Part shown: positions 8,576 to 17,624 of the stretch, piece by piece | How positions within the stretch are numbered: position 1 is the stretch's first letter | Layout of the letters: each line of letters starts with the position of its first letter | Assembly: GCA_963755165.1 (NCBI GenBank) | Contig: CAVWIT010000002.1 | Span: forward strand, 799,730 to 863,729 | Origin: an uncultured Solirubrobacterales bacterium | GTDB lineage: Bacteria; Actinomycetota; Thermoleophilia; Solirubrobacterales; Solirubrobacteraceae | DNA: 64,000 nt | Reading direction: 5' to 3' | Made by a program: the position numbers and the translations under genes | Notes under the pieces: generated by a model | Told to the model about the DNA's origin: nothing | The model's input: the letters and a program-made list of their open reading frames with translations, nothing else | Databases searched by the model: none

Positions 8576-10530
8576 GCCGCCGGCCGCCCGTCGGCTTCTC
8601 GCCGGGAGGGCTCCAGTCGCACCGTGCCCAATTCGTCGATCTGGCCCGACCAGCCGGGCGGGACGTATAAGGTCGCCTCGGGCAGGAGATGCACGGCCGG
8701 TCCCTCGATGCGCTTACCCGCGCCGTCGCCGGGGGCACCCCGCAGGCTCAGCTCGGGCGTGGGGTCCCAGACCGACGCTCGGATCGTCACCAGCTCGACC
8801 TCGGCGTGGTCGTCGCCACCCTCCCGGGAGGGGTTCTCATAGCCGTAGCGTTGCTTGTGCGCCCGCGCGAACGCCTCGCGCAGATCGTTCGGATCGGTAG
8901 AGTCGGACTCGATGGGCAGCTCGTGTGACTGGCCGCGATAGCGAAGTTCGTAGATGGTTCGCTCGCGCCGGTGATCTTCTCCACCGTCTCCACCAGCTTG
9001 CGCGAGCAGCTCCTCGCGCACATCCGCGATGGCGTCTCCCACGAACGCGTCTCCGCAAAGCATGACTGTGCGCGACACATCGCGCCGAGGCGCGCCGGCC
9101 GCCAGGCCCAGGGCGCAGAGCACTCCGGATGTGCGCGGGCACAGCACCCGCGTGATTCCAAGCTCCTGCGCCAGCGCGCACGCGTGCAGCGGGCCGGCGC
9201 CCCCGAATGGCATCAGCGTGTACTCGCGCGGGTCGATTCCGCGCTCGACGGTCATCACGCGCAGCGCCCGGCACATCTCGGCCTCGGCCACGCGCACGAT
9301 CCCCGCGGCGCACGCATCCGTCTCTAGACCCAGCTCTTTCGCAAGCGCCGCCACCGCGCGCTCGGCGGCGCGGCGATCCAGCCTCAGTCCGCCCGCCAGC
9401 CGTGCGTCCTGTGGCAGGCGGCCGAGCAGCAGGTTGGCGTCGGTCACCGTCGCTCGCTGGCCTCCGTGTCCGTAGCACGCCGGGCCGGGCAGGGCGCCCG
9501 CCGACTCGGGGCCTACGCGCAGCGCGCCGCCGGGGTCGCGCCAGGCGATTGAGCCTCCGCCCGCCCCGACCGTGTGAATGTCCAGCGCGGGCAGCGCCAG
9601 CGGGCGCCCGGCGACCGTGCGCTGCGTCGTCTCCGCCACCTGACCGGCGGAGATCAGGCATACGTCGCAGGAGGTGCCGCCCATGTCGAAGCACAGCACG
9701 TTCTCGACGCCTGCGATCCTCGCCAGCGCCAGCGCGCCGCCGACTCCGCCCGCCGGGCCGGACAGGACCGTCAGGGCGGCGTGGGAGGCCGCGCGCGCGG
9801 TCGATGTGAGGCCGCCCGAGGACTGCATGATCTCGGGCTCGGCGAGTCCACGCGCGGAGGACTCGGATGCGAGCCGGCGCAGGTAGGAGCCCACGAGCGG
9901 GCTCAGGGCCGCGTCGAGCACGGTTGTCGCCGTGCGCTCGTACTCGCGGAACGTCCCGACCAGCTCGCTGGATACCGATACGTGCGTCCCGGGCAGCCGC
10001 TCGCGTAGCGCTCGCTCGAGCAGTCGCTCGTGCTGCGGGTACGCGTAGGAGTGCAGTAGCGCCACAGCCACCGCCTCGGGCCGCGCCCGGGCGATCTCAT
10101 CGACCAGCTCGCCCGCCCGCGCAGGGTCGAGCGCCATCAGCGGCCCGTCGGGACCGCAGCGCTCGGGCGCCGCGAACCGCAGCTGCTCGTCCACCAGGGG
10201 CTCTGGCGCCGCCTCGCACAGCCGGTAGAGGTGCGCTCGCGCTTGGCGGCCCAGCTCGATCACGTCGGTGAACCCGGCCGTGGCGATCAGCGCGGTGCGC
10301 GCGGCGCGTCCCTGTAGCAGCGCGTTCGTGGCGACGGTCATGCCGTGCGCGAACCTCCTCACGTCGCCTGGCTCGGCGCCCGCCCGCGTGAGCGCTTCGC
10401 TTACCGCCGCGAGCACGCCCTGAGCCTGGTCGGCGGGCGTCGTGGGGATCTTGGCGCTGTGCACCGCGCCGTCCCGGCTGACGAGCACCGCGTCGGTGAA
10501 CGTCCCGCCGACGTCAACCCCGAGAATCAT
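8572..10530 (-). CDS. hyuA: Hydantoinase A / 5-oxoprolinase family subunit
   Basis: Start moved to ATG 10530 (MILGVDVGGTFTDAV, the canonical N-terminus). The 80 upstream codons of the track ORF are Arg/Pro/Ser-rich and overlap the next gene. Confidence 0.85.
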   Translation of the reverse strand: MILGVDVGGTFTDAVLVSRDGAVHSAKIPTTPADQAQGVLAAVSEALTRAGAEPGDVRRFAHGMTVATNALLQGRAARTALIATAGFTDVIELGRQARAHLYRLCEAAPEPLVDEQLRFAAPERCGPDGPLMALDPARAGELVDEIARARPEAVAVALLHSYAYPQHERLLERALRERLPGTHVSVSSELVGTFREYERTATTVLDAALSPLVGSYLRRLASESSARGLAEPEIMQSSGGLTSTARAASHAALTVLSGPAGGVGGALALARIAGVENVLCFDMGGTSCDVCLISAGQVAETTQRTVAGRPLALPALDIHTVGAGGGSIAWRDPGGALRVGPESAGALPGPACYGHGGQRATVTDANLLLGRLPQDARLAGGLRLDRRAAERAVAALAKELGLETDACAAGIVRVAEAEMCRALRVMTVERGIDPREYTLMPFGGAGPLHACALAQELGITRVLCPRTSGVLCALGLAAGAPRRDVSRTVMLCGDAFVGDAIADVREELLAQAGGDGGEDHRRERTIYELRYRGQSHELPIESDSTDPNDLREAFARAHKQRYGYENPSREGGDDHAEVELVTIRASVWDPTPELSLRGAPGDGAGKRIEGPAVHLLPEATLYVPPGWSGQIDELGTVRLEPSRREADGRPAA

Positions 10531-10537
10531 CACCCGA

Positions 10538-10972
10538 TCAGGCTGCCTCGAGCTCCTGGTTCTCGGTCTCGGCGAGGTGTTGATGGGAGGGGCAGTATCC
10601 GTTGTGCGGCAAGGGCACGCGCTGGCAGGCCGAGCCCTTGCGGGTGGTCGCGCGGCACCGCGGCGGCTGGCCGCACACAGCTGTGTATGCGGCGACCGGG
10701 TTCTCGGTGAGGTAGCGCTGGGCGTAGTCGATGTAGCGGTTGACGACCCGGTGGACATGACCCTGCTCACTCATCGCGAAATAGCTGCGGATGTCGCAGT
10801 AGAGGGTGCGCGCGGGATGGGCGAAGTAGTGGCGGTCGGTGGCCATGCGCTCGACGACGGCCTCACAGGCACGCAGCACGTGCTCGTGGTGCAGGCACGC
10901 GCCGGCGCTGCGCTGGGGCGGGAGGATATGCGGCGCGAGCTCCCTGTAAATGGCCCGGCTGAACTGGTACAT
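10538..10972 (-). CDS. Hypothetical protein with C-terminal Cys/His cluster, first gene of the hydantoinase operon
   Basis: 144-aa ORF. Its stop lies 7 nt upstream of the hyuA start. A GGAGAGG RBS-like element precedes the ATG. C-terminus is CRATTRKGSACQRVPLPHNGYCPSHQH. No family recognised. Confidence 0.6.
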   Translation of the reverse strand: MYQFSRAIYRELAPHILPPQRSAGACLHHEHVLRACEAVVERMATDRHYFAHPARTLYCDIRSYFAMSEQGHVHRVVNRYIDYAQRYLTENPVAAYTAVCGQPPRCRATTRKGSACQRVPLPHNGYCPSHQHLAETENQELEAA

Positions 10973-11106
10973 GGCGGTCTATCCTCTCCTGGTCGATCCC
11001 CTTGACTTTGAGCACACCCGCCGTGTCCAAAGACTCCGATCGTCCCCCGTTCTTTCCACCTCATAAAACACTCGCGCTACCAGAAAAGGTGCGGTGTTGC
11101 GCCGGT

Positions 11107-11138
11107 AGTTTCTTGGGGACTGGGGAGAGTTTCTTGGG
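11107..11138. repeat. Two exact 11-nt direct repeats AGTTTCTTGGG spaced 21 bp
   Basis: Copies at 11107-11117 and 11128-11138, followed by a GA-rich tract. They lie in the 202-nt spacer between the nadB stop and the 144-aa ORF start. Confidence 0.6.
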
Positions 11139-11174
11139 AGGAGAGAGAGAAAGGTCAGTCTTTCCATCTGAGGT

Positions 11175-12653
11175 CTATGTCCATCTCTCCCAGGTGACCG
11201 TCTCTTGCTCATTCTCCTCGCCGCATACGACCGCGTGGCGGTGATCGAGCGCCGGGTCGCGCTCGGGGTGGTCGACGCGCAGGTGCGCCCCCCGGCTCTC
11301 CGCGCGCGCGAGCGCGCATCTCGCGATCAGGCGAGACAGCGGATGGGGATCGGCCAGCAGCCGGCGCAGGCCCTCCGCGGTGCGCTCGACGCCGGCGTCG
11401 TTCCACAGCGCCGCGCGCGTGGCGGGCTCGGCCGCGGGTAGCCCGGGCTTGGCCAGCAGCGCGTCGATCTCGCCCGCCGTCGGCGTCGTGGGAGCGGGCT
11501 CGGACAGGGCGGCGTGTACCGCGCGGCGGGCGAAGACGAAGCACTCGCTGAGCGAGTTCGACGCGAGCCGGTTGGCGCCGTGCAGCCCCGTGCACGAGAC
11601 CTCGCCGACGGCATACAGCCCGGGCACGCTGGAGCGCGCGTGCAGATCGGCGACGATCCCGCCCATCGTGTAGTGCGCGGCGGGCGCGACCGGGACCAGC
11701 TCGCGTGTGGGATCCAGCCCCGCCTCGCGCAGCGCCGCGACTACGTTGGGAAAGTGCGCCGGGTCGATCTGGCGCATGTCCAGCCCGACCGCGCTCGCGC
11801 CCGTCTCGCGCAGCCTGGCCTGGATCGCGCGGGAGACCTCGTCGCGCGGCGCCAGCTCCTGCACGAACCGCTCGCCGGTGCCCAGGTCGTGCAGCGTCGC
11901 TCCCTCGCCCCGGATCGCCTCGGTCACGAGAAACCCTTCCCGGCCGGGCACCCCGATGGCGGCGGTCGGATGGAACTGCAGCAGCTCGAGATCCGCCAGC
12001 TTCGCCCCGCCGGCGTGTGCGAGCAGCAGTCCTACGCCCTGCGAGCCGGGCGGATTCGTCGTTCGTGCCCACAACGCCGCCGCGCCCCCTGTCGCGAGCA
12101 CGACGGCGCGTGCGGAGACGATCTGCCCGTCTTGGCATGCCAGCCCGCGACAGCGGGGGTGGGTGGGGTCCCCGTCATTCCACAGCGCCCGTGCGCGGGC
12201 GCCCTCGAACACGGTTATGTGCGGGTCGGCCGCGGCGAGCGCGGACAGCTGTCTGACGACGCGCCGCCCGGTGGCGCTCCCCCCGGCATGCACGATGCGC
12301 CGGATCGAGTGACCGCCCTCCAGCCCCAGCGCGAGCCGGCCGAAGCGGTCGGCGTCGAATCGCACCCCCAGCGCCTGCAGGTCCGCCACGCACGCGGGCG
12401 CCTCGCGCACGAGTATCTCGGCGGCCGAGCGCCGGACGAGGTCGCGCCCGGCGCGTTTGGTGTCGGTGAGATGGCGCTCGGGACTGTCCTCCGCGGCGAG
12501 TGCGGCGGCGAGGCCGCCCTGCGCCCAGTAGCTCGCTGTCTGTGCCAGTGGCGTCGCCGAGACGAGCGCAACACGGGCGTTCTCGCGTGCGGCGCGCAGC
12601 GCCGCGTACAGTCCGGCCGCGCCCGCGCCGACGACCGCGATGTCGGCCTCCAT
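11175..12653 (-). CDS. nadB: L-aspartate oxidase
   Basis: Start at ATG 12653 ([22 protein letters not shown], an FAD GxGxxG fold) with a fumarate-reductase/aspartate-oxidase-like body. The upstream part of the 749-aa track ORF is a shadow over two other genes. Confidence 0.9.
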   Translation of the reverse strand: MEADIAVVGAGAAGLYAALRAARENARVALVSATPLAQTASYWAQGGLAAALAAEDSPERHLTDTKRAGRDLVRRSAAEILVREAPACVADLQALGVRFDADRFGRLALGLEGGHSIRRIVHAGGSATGRRVVRQLSALAAADPHITVFEGARARALWNDGDPTHPRCRGLACQDGQIVSARAVVLATGGAAALWARTTNPPGSQGVGLLLAHAGGAKLADLELLQFHPTAAIGVPGREGFLVTEAIRGEGATLHDLGTGERFVQELAPRDEVSRAIQARLRETGASAVGLDMRQIDPAHFPNVVAALREAGLDPTRELVPVAPAAHYTMGGIVADLHARSSVPGLYAVGEVSCTGLHGANRLASNSLSECFVFARRAVHAALSEPAPTTPTAGEIDALLAKPGLPAAEPATRAALWNDAGVERTAEGLRRLLADPHPLSRLIARCALARAESRGAHLRVDHPERDPALDHRHAVVCGEENEQETVTWERWT

Positions 12654-12676
12654 GATGGACGGCGGCTGTCTCACGC

Positions 12677-13282
12677 CTATTTTTTGGTGGGCGGTGTGAA
12701 ACCGGCTTTGCGCAGCGCTTCTTCGCTCGTGGTTGATGACGAACCCGTGCTCGTCGTCGGAGTCGTCGTAACTGGGGTGGTCGTCGTCGTTGATTTGCCG
12801 GCGCCCCCCGTTGCGGTGGAGGGCGCGATCGTCGTGGGCGTTCCTGGCGTCACCGCGCCGGTGCTCGTGGGAGCGGCCGTCCCGCCGGGCGTGATCGTCG
12901 TGGGTGTGCTGGGTGTGATGGCCCCCGTTGTCATTGTCGGGATCGCACCGGCGACGGTGGGGGTGGTCGCGATGGTGATGGTTGTGGTGGAGGGCGCGAC
13001 TGCTTTGGTCGTGCCCGAACCGCCGCTGAGCTTGACCAGCGCGGCGGCGAGCACGCCGAGCGCCAGCGCTGCGGTCACCGCGATCGCCGCGATCGGAGCC
13101 TTCCAGTTCGTCGGCGCCGCCAGGCGCGTGCGCGCCGCCGCGCCGCAGTTCAGGCACCACTCCTGCGCGGGGTCGAGCGGTGCGCCGCACAACGGACAGG
13201 CCGCGTTCACCACGGGTGGCCTCGCGCTCGGAGCGGACGTGGTCGTCGTGGTCGGCGGCGGGGTGGCGACTGTGCTGCTCAA
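12677..13282 (-). CDS. Zinc-ribbon membrane protein with Thr/Pro-rich extracytoplasmic tail
   Basis: 201 aa. CPLCG...CLNCG zinc ribbon, one TM helix (PIAAIAVTAALALGVLAAALV) and a long T/P/G-rich tail. The ATG overlaps the stop of the upstream gene (ATGA, 13279-13282). Confidence 0.65.
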   Translation of the reverse strand: MSSTVATPPPTTTTTSAPSARPPVVNAACPLCGAPLDPAQEWCLNCGAAARTRLAAPTNWKAPIAAIAVTAALALGVLAAALVKLSGGSGTTKAVAPSTTTITIATTPTVAGAIPTMTTGAITPSTPTTITPGGTAAPTSTGAVTPGTPTTIAPSTATGGAGKSTTTTTPVTTTPTTSTGSSSTTSEEALRKAGFTPPTKK

Positions 13283-14058
13283 GGTTTTTTAGCGGATGGA
13301 CGGACGATCTCGGTGGGCTGGTCCACGCTCGGCCGGCCATGGTCTTTCTTCGTCTCGGCTTGGGCGTCGCCGGTGCCCGGCGCGGGACCGGCGGGCGTGG
13401 TCGTGCTCCGGGCGGGGGGCTCATCGGGCGCCGTGGGCGATGCGGTTGCTGGGGGCGTCGAGGCTGGCTGGCCTGTAGCGGGCGCCGCGGTCGCGGGGGA
13501 TGCGGGCGCTGGAGGTGCGGCTGGCGCGGATGCGGAGGGGTGGACGGCGGTCGTTGTCCTTGCCGGAGCCGGGGTTGGCGCGGGCGCCGGTGGGGGAGTC
13601 GGCGCCGCGGGAGGAGCGGGCGCGGGCGCCGCGGCGCCGGCCACGGGGCGCTCGGCGCGGAGGTCCATCGCCAGGCCGCAGTTCGGGCAGAAGCGGTCGT
13701 CGCTGCCGTGGATCGCGGCGCAGCGCGGGCAGGCCGCCACGCCCGCCTCGCGCAGCACGGTCACCGGTTGGTGCTCGTCCAGCGTCGCTTCGAGCGAGCG
13801 CAGCTCGCCGTCGATGCGCCCGATCGTCTCCAGCTTGGCCAGCACGAGGGAGTCGTTACGCTTGCCGAAGCGGTGCAGGTCGAAGACGAGCCCGCCGAGG
13901 TCGCGGTAGGCCAGCTCGCGTGCCTTGCGTAGGAACCGCGCGCGACGGCGCATGCGCCCGCGCGCGCTGAAGCCGGGGGGATCGGTGGGCGCATTCTCTC
14001 CCGCGGGCGTCTGCACCTCCGTCGCCGGACTGCTGGCTTGAGCGTCCTCCATCGACAT
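13279..14058 (-). CDS. Zinc-ribbon protein with basic coiled N-region and Pro/Ala-rich tail
   Basis: 259 aa. RRRARFLRKARELAYRDL..., zinc ribbon CPRC...CPNCG, then about 120 aa of P/A/T low complexity. Confidence 0.6.
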   Translation of the reverse strand: MSMEDAQASSPATEVQTPAGENAPTDPPGFSARGRMRRRARFLRKARELAYRDLGGLVFDLHRFGKRNDSLVLAKLETIGRIDGELRSLEATLDEHQPVTVLREAGVAACPRCAAIHGSDDRFCPNCGLAMDLRAERPVAGAAAPAPAPPAAPTPPPAPAPTPAPARTTTAVHPSASAPAAPPAPASPATAAPATGQPASTPPATASPTAPDEPPARSTTTPAGPAPGTGDAQAETKKDHGRPSVDQPTEIVRPSAKKP

Positions 14059-14071
14059 CGACCCACCAATG

Positions 14072-15046
14072 CTATCCGGCGCCGCGGAGGGCCGCGCGCC
14101 AAGCGGCGGCCACGCGCTCGGCCATCCGCACCGCGGAATACGGCTCGGCGTGGGCGCGTCCCGCTACGCGCGGGTCCACCTCGCGCAGGTGGGGGTCGAG
14201 CGCGGCCCGCCACGCGCCGAGCGCAAACGGCGCGCACAGCGTGCCCTGGACGTCGCGCAGCGCCTCGGAATGGACGCCGACGGGCGTGGCGAGCACGGGC
14301 ACGTCGCATGCCAGCGCCTCGAGCACGGCCAGCCCGAACCCCTCGCGCTCGGATGGGACCAGCACGGCTGCGGACGCGTTGATCCACAGGGGCACCCGCT
14401 CCGGCGCGACCGCGCCGAGCGTGCGCAGCTCCACATCGGCGGCCTGCGCCAGGGCGAGCGCCCGGTCGTAGCGCTTCTCCCGGCGGGATGGGTCCGCGGC
14501 GAACAGCACGAACGGCGGCTGCTCGGCATCGAGTCCCAGTCTTGCCAGCGCATCCGCGCGGGGAGTCGAGTGGAAGCGATCGAGGTCCACGCCGCACGGC
14601 AGCACCTGCACGATGCGCGTGCCGCTCGCCCGCCCGGCCTTTCGCCACTTGAGCTCCAGGCTCCCCGGCATCCGCTCGGCCAGCGGGGCGGATACGGCGG
14701 CGAGGATGTCCATGCGCGGGATCACCGCGCGGGTGAGCAGGCGCGTGCGGGGATGGTCGATGTCGGTGCCGTGAACGGTCAGCGCGCGCACTCTGGCTCT
14801 GACGGCGAGCGCCGGCCAGGCGGCGAGGCCGAAATGAGCGTGCACGACGTCAAAGCGCTCGCCGGCGTAGCGGCGGCGCAACTCCCCCGCACCGCGAGCG
14901 AGCGAGCGCGGGCCGGGTGCGAGCTCGTATGACTCCACGTCCACATCGTCCAGGCGGCGCAGCGCGTCGACCTGGTCGCGCACGAACTGTCCGCGCTCGG
15001 GATGGGCCCGGGAGGGCAGCATGTTCGAGACGACGAGCGCGCGCAC
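14072..15046 (-). CDS. GT-B glycosyltransferase (GT4-like)
   Basis: EREGFGLAVLEALACDVPVLATPVG region typical of GT4. Start set at GTG 15046 (VRALVVSNMLP); ATG 15025 is an alternative. Confidence 0.8.
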   Translation of the reverse strand: MRALVVSNMLPSRAHPERGQFVRDQVDALRRLDDVDVESYELAPGPRSLARGAGELRRRYAGERFDVVHAHFGLAAWPALAVRARVRALTVHGTDIDHPRTRLLTRAVIPRMDILAAVSAPLAERMPGSLELKWRKAGRASGTRIVQVLPCGVDLDRFHSTPRADALARLGLDAEQPPFVLFAADPSRREKRYDRALALAQAADVELRTLGAVAPERVPLWINASAAVLVPSEREGFGLAVLEALACDVPVLATPVGVHSEALRDVQGTLCAPFALGAWRAALDPHLREVDPRVAGRAHAEPYSAVRMAERVAAAWRAALRGAG

Positions 15047-15152
15047 GATACCCCGACCGTAGCGCTCTGGAATGATGGCTCGCGTGATGCTTGCATCGGC
15101 CCTCTCATGACCCGTGTCCCCGTCTTCGTATGACCCAAGCGTCCGCTCCCGT

Positions 15153-16019
15153 ATGACCAGCGGCGCATCCACCACCCCGGACCCAAGGGCGCGTCCGATC
15201 GGCGTGTTCGATTCGGGCGTTGGCGGGCTGACTGTGCTGCACGAGCTGCTCGTGCGGCTGCCGAGCGAGGACTTCCTGTACCTCGGCGACACGGCGCGCT
15301 TTCCCTATGGCGAACGTTCGCCTGAGCAGCTCATCCAGTTCGTCGCGGAGATCGCCGAGGAGCTGGCAGAGCGTGGCGCGAAGCTGCTGGTGGTGGCGTG
15401 CAACTCAGCGACCGCTGCCGCCCTGCCCGCTCTACGCCGGCGAATGATGGAGACGACGCTCGGGGTTGACGTGCTCGGTGTCGTGCGCCCGGAGGCGCTG
15501 CGGGCGGTGGCGGCCACGCACACGGGCCGGATCGGGCTGCTGGCCACCCCGACGACGGTCGCCAGTCGCGCTTACGAGGACGCTGTGAACATGATCGACC
15601 CACACGTGACGCTGCACGCGGTGGCGTGCCAGACACTGGCGGGGATCATCCAGGAGGGCGAGCAGTTCGACGAGCGTGCCGTGCAGACCGTGCGCGAGGT
15701 GTGCGCGCCGCTGAAGCAGGCGGATGTTGACACGGTGATCCTCGGCTGCACCCACTATCCGCTGATCAGCCCGATGCTCCAGCGGATGCTCGGCCCGGAG
15801 GTGAGGCTCGTGACATCGGGCGCGGCGCTCGCGCGCCAGGTGGAGCATGCGCTGAGCACGCGCGAGCTGCAGAACCCGCGCACCGAGGGTGAGGGCGAGT
15901 ACCGTTTTCTGTGCACGGGCGACATTCGGGAGTTCGAGCAGGTGGGCACGCGTTTCCTGCAGATGCCGCTGGGTCTGGTCGAGCACGTAGAGCTCGCCGC
16001 GGTCGAGATGACGGCGTGA
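15153..16019 (+). CDS. murI: Glutamate racemase
   Basis: IGVFDSGVGGLTVL, VVACNSATA and GCTHYP motifs. GTG 15114 is a possible alternative start. Confidence 0.9.
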   Translation: MTSGASTTPDPRARPIGVFDSGVGGLTVLHELLVRLPSEDFLYLGDTARFPYGERSPEQLIQFVAEIAEELAERGAKLLVVACNSATAAALPALRRRMMETTLGVDVLGVVRPEALRAVAATHTGRIGLLATPTTVASRAYEDAVNMIDPHVTLHAVACQTLAGIIQEGEQFDERAVQTVREVCAPLKQADVDTVILGCTHYPLISPMLQRMLGPEVRLVTSGAALARQVEHALSTRELQNPRTEGEGEYRFLCTGDIREFEQVGTRFLQMPLGLVEHVELAAVEMTA

Positions 16020-16750
16020 GCGGCACGGAGCGCAGCTACGGACGCGGACCGGGCGAGCTGCGGCCGATTGCACTCGAGCCGGGGTTCGTGCGCACCGCCA
16101 CCGGCTCCGCCTTGATCTCGGCCGGAGAGACCCGCGTGATCTGCACTGCCTCCGCGCAGGAGAGCGTCCCCCGCTGGATGGCGGGCAATGGCAGGGGCTG
16201 GCTGACGGCCGAGTACGGGATGCTGCCGGCGTCCACCGGTGATCGCAAGCAGCGCGATGCGACGCGGGGGCGCCAGGACGGGCGCACCGTCGAGATCCAG
16301 CGCCTGATCGGACGGTCGCTGCGCGGCGTGGTCGATTTCTCGAAGCTGGGGGAACGCACTATCTACCTGGACTGCGACGTGCTGCAGGCCGACGGGGGGA
16401 CGCGCTGCGCGTCGATCACGGGTGCGTACGTGGCGCTGTCGCTGGCGTGCGCGCGGCTGCTGGGCGAGGGCCGCTTGGATGCCTCGCCGCTGACGGGGTC
16501 GGTGGCGGCCGTGTCCTGCGGGATGGTTGGCGGGGCGGCGCTGCTCGATCTCGACTACTCCGAGGACTCGACTGCGGAGGTGGACGCGAACGTGGTGATG
16601 ACCGGTGAGGGCGGCCTGGTCGAGGTGCAGGCGACGGCCGAGCGCACGCCGCTGTCGCGCGCGCACCTGGACGAGCTGCTGGCGCTTGCGGGGCAGGGGA
16701 TCGAGTGGTTGCGCGCCGCCCAGGAGCAGGCGATCGCCGCGGCCGGCTGA
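16016..16750 (+). CDS. rph: Ribonuclease PH
   Basis: The GTG start overlaps the murI stop (GTGA). Sequence RPIALEPGFVRTATGSALISAGETRVICTAS...LDCDVLQADGGTR is typical of RNase PH. Confidence 0.9.
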   Translation: MSGTERSYGRGPGELRPIALEPGFVRTATGSALISAGETRVICTASAQESVPRWMAGNGRGWLTAEYGMLPASTGDRKQRDATRGRQDGRTVEIQRLIGRSLRGVVDFSKLGERTIYLDCDVLQADGGTRCASITGAYVALSLACARLLGEGRLDASPLTGSVAAVSCGMVGGAALLDLDYSEDSTAEVDANVVMTGEGGLVEVQATAERTPLSRAHLDELLALAGQGIEWLRAAQEQAIAAAG

Positions 16751-17328
16751 TGCGCGTGGCGATTAGATTGCTGCTTGCCACCCACAACGAGCACAAGCGG
16801 CGCGAGCTCGCGCGCGTGCTGGGAGGTTGGGAGATCGATGCGCTGCCCGGCGAGGTGGAGCTCCCGCCGGAGGATGGGGAGACGTTCGCCGAGAACGCGC
16901 TCGGCAAGGCGCGTGCCGCCGCCCGGGCCACGGGCAGGCCGAGCATTGCGGACGATTCTGGCATTGAGGCGACGGCGCTGGAAGGCCGCCCGGGCGTGCG
17001 TTCGGCGCGCTACGCGGGAGAGGGCGCGAGCGACGCGGAGAACCTGGCCAAGCTCCTGCATGAGGCCCCGGCCGGGAGCGCGCTGGAGTACGTGTGCGCG
17101 CTCGCCTACGTGGATCCCCAGACGGGCACAGAGCTCGTGTTCGAGGGCCGCTGTGTGGGTACGCTCGCGGCCGAGCCCCGGGGTGCGCGGGGTTTCGGCT
17201 ATGACCCGGCGTTCCTGCCCGATGACTGGCCGGGGAATGAGACGATGGCGCAGCTCACGGATGCGCAGAAGGATGAGATCAGCCACCGGGGCCGCGCGGC
17301 CCGCGCGCTGCTCCAGTGGCTGACTTGA
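16750..17328 (+). CDS. rdgB: Non-canonical purine NTP pyrophosphatase (RdgB/HAM1)
   Basis: The ATG overlaps the rph stop (TGATG). LLLATHNEHKRRE... and GFGYDPAF motifs are present. Confidence 0.9.
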   Translation: MRVAIRLLLATHNEHKRRELARVLGGWEIDALPGEVELPPEDGETFAENALGKARAAARATGRPSIADDSGIEATALEGRPGVRSARYAGEGASDAENLAKLLHEAPAGSALEYVCALAYVDPQTGTELVFEGRCVGTLAAEPRGARGFGYDPAFLPDDWPGNETMAQLTDAQKDEISHRGRAARALLQWLT

Positions 17329-17377
17329 CTGAAAGATGAGAGGCCCGGCTCGACGGCCTGCGGCCGGCTGCGCTACC

Positions 17378-17518
17378 TCAAAGGAGGTTGATTGCCGCTG
17401 CCACTGCCACCGCGACGGACAGCCCCGCATAGCCGGTGTAGCCGGCAAGCAGGAGAAAGAAGGCCGTGAGCAGCGCGACGAGCACGGTCAGACTCCAGGC
17501 GACGCGTTCGAACGTCAT
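17378..17518 (-). CDS. Possible 46-aa hydrophobic small protein (not in ORF track)
   Basis: Hand translation gives MTFERVAWSLTVLVALLTAFFLLLAGYTGYAGLSVAVAVAAAINLL, starting ATG and ending TGA. It sits in an otherwise empty 296-nt spacer. No homology claim is made. Confidence 0.25.
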   Translation of the reverse strand: MTFERVAWSLTVLVALLTAFFLLLAGYTGYAGLSVAVAVAAAINLL

Positions 17519-17624
17519 CGCTCTCATTCTTGCCGATCTCGCGGTCGTCTTCCTTTCCAGTGGACCAACCGTCCGCGTGCGCTGTTAGCGTACCTGTAGT
17601 GTCTTTACGAACGAGGAGGGTCCC

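Noticed and set aside
10531-10770. N-terminal 80-codon extension of the hyuA track ORF (8572-10770).
   Set aside because: The canonical hydantoinase A N-terminus (MILGVDVGGTFTD) starts at 10530. The extension is Ser/Arg/Pro-rich and overlaps the well-formed 144-aa ORF in another frame.
10973-11174. Possible riboswitch or sRNA in the 202-nt leader of the hyu operon.
   Set aside because: I cannot match it to any riboswitch consensus I know, and I see no convincing conserved stem architecture by eye. Only the direct repeats are reported.
12654-13424. Upstream part of the 749-aa ORF fused to nadB.
   Set aside because: The FAD-binding N-terminus of NadB starts at 12653. The upstream translation is His/Arg/Asp low complexity and overlaps the two zinc-ribbon genes, which have coherent features (Cys ribbons, a TM helix, an ATGA junction).
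13296-13970. Gly/Ala/Arg-rich plus-strand ORFs (13296-13478, 13313-13909, 13500-13970).
   Set aside because: They are mirror images of the Pro/Ala/Thr-rich tail of the minus-strand zinc-ribbon protein. They are low-complexity artefacts with no independent signals.
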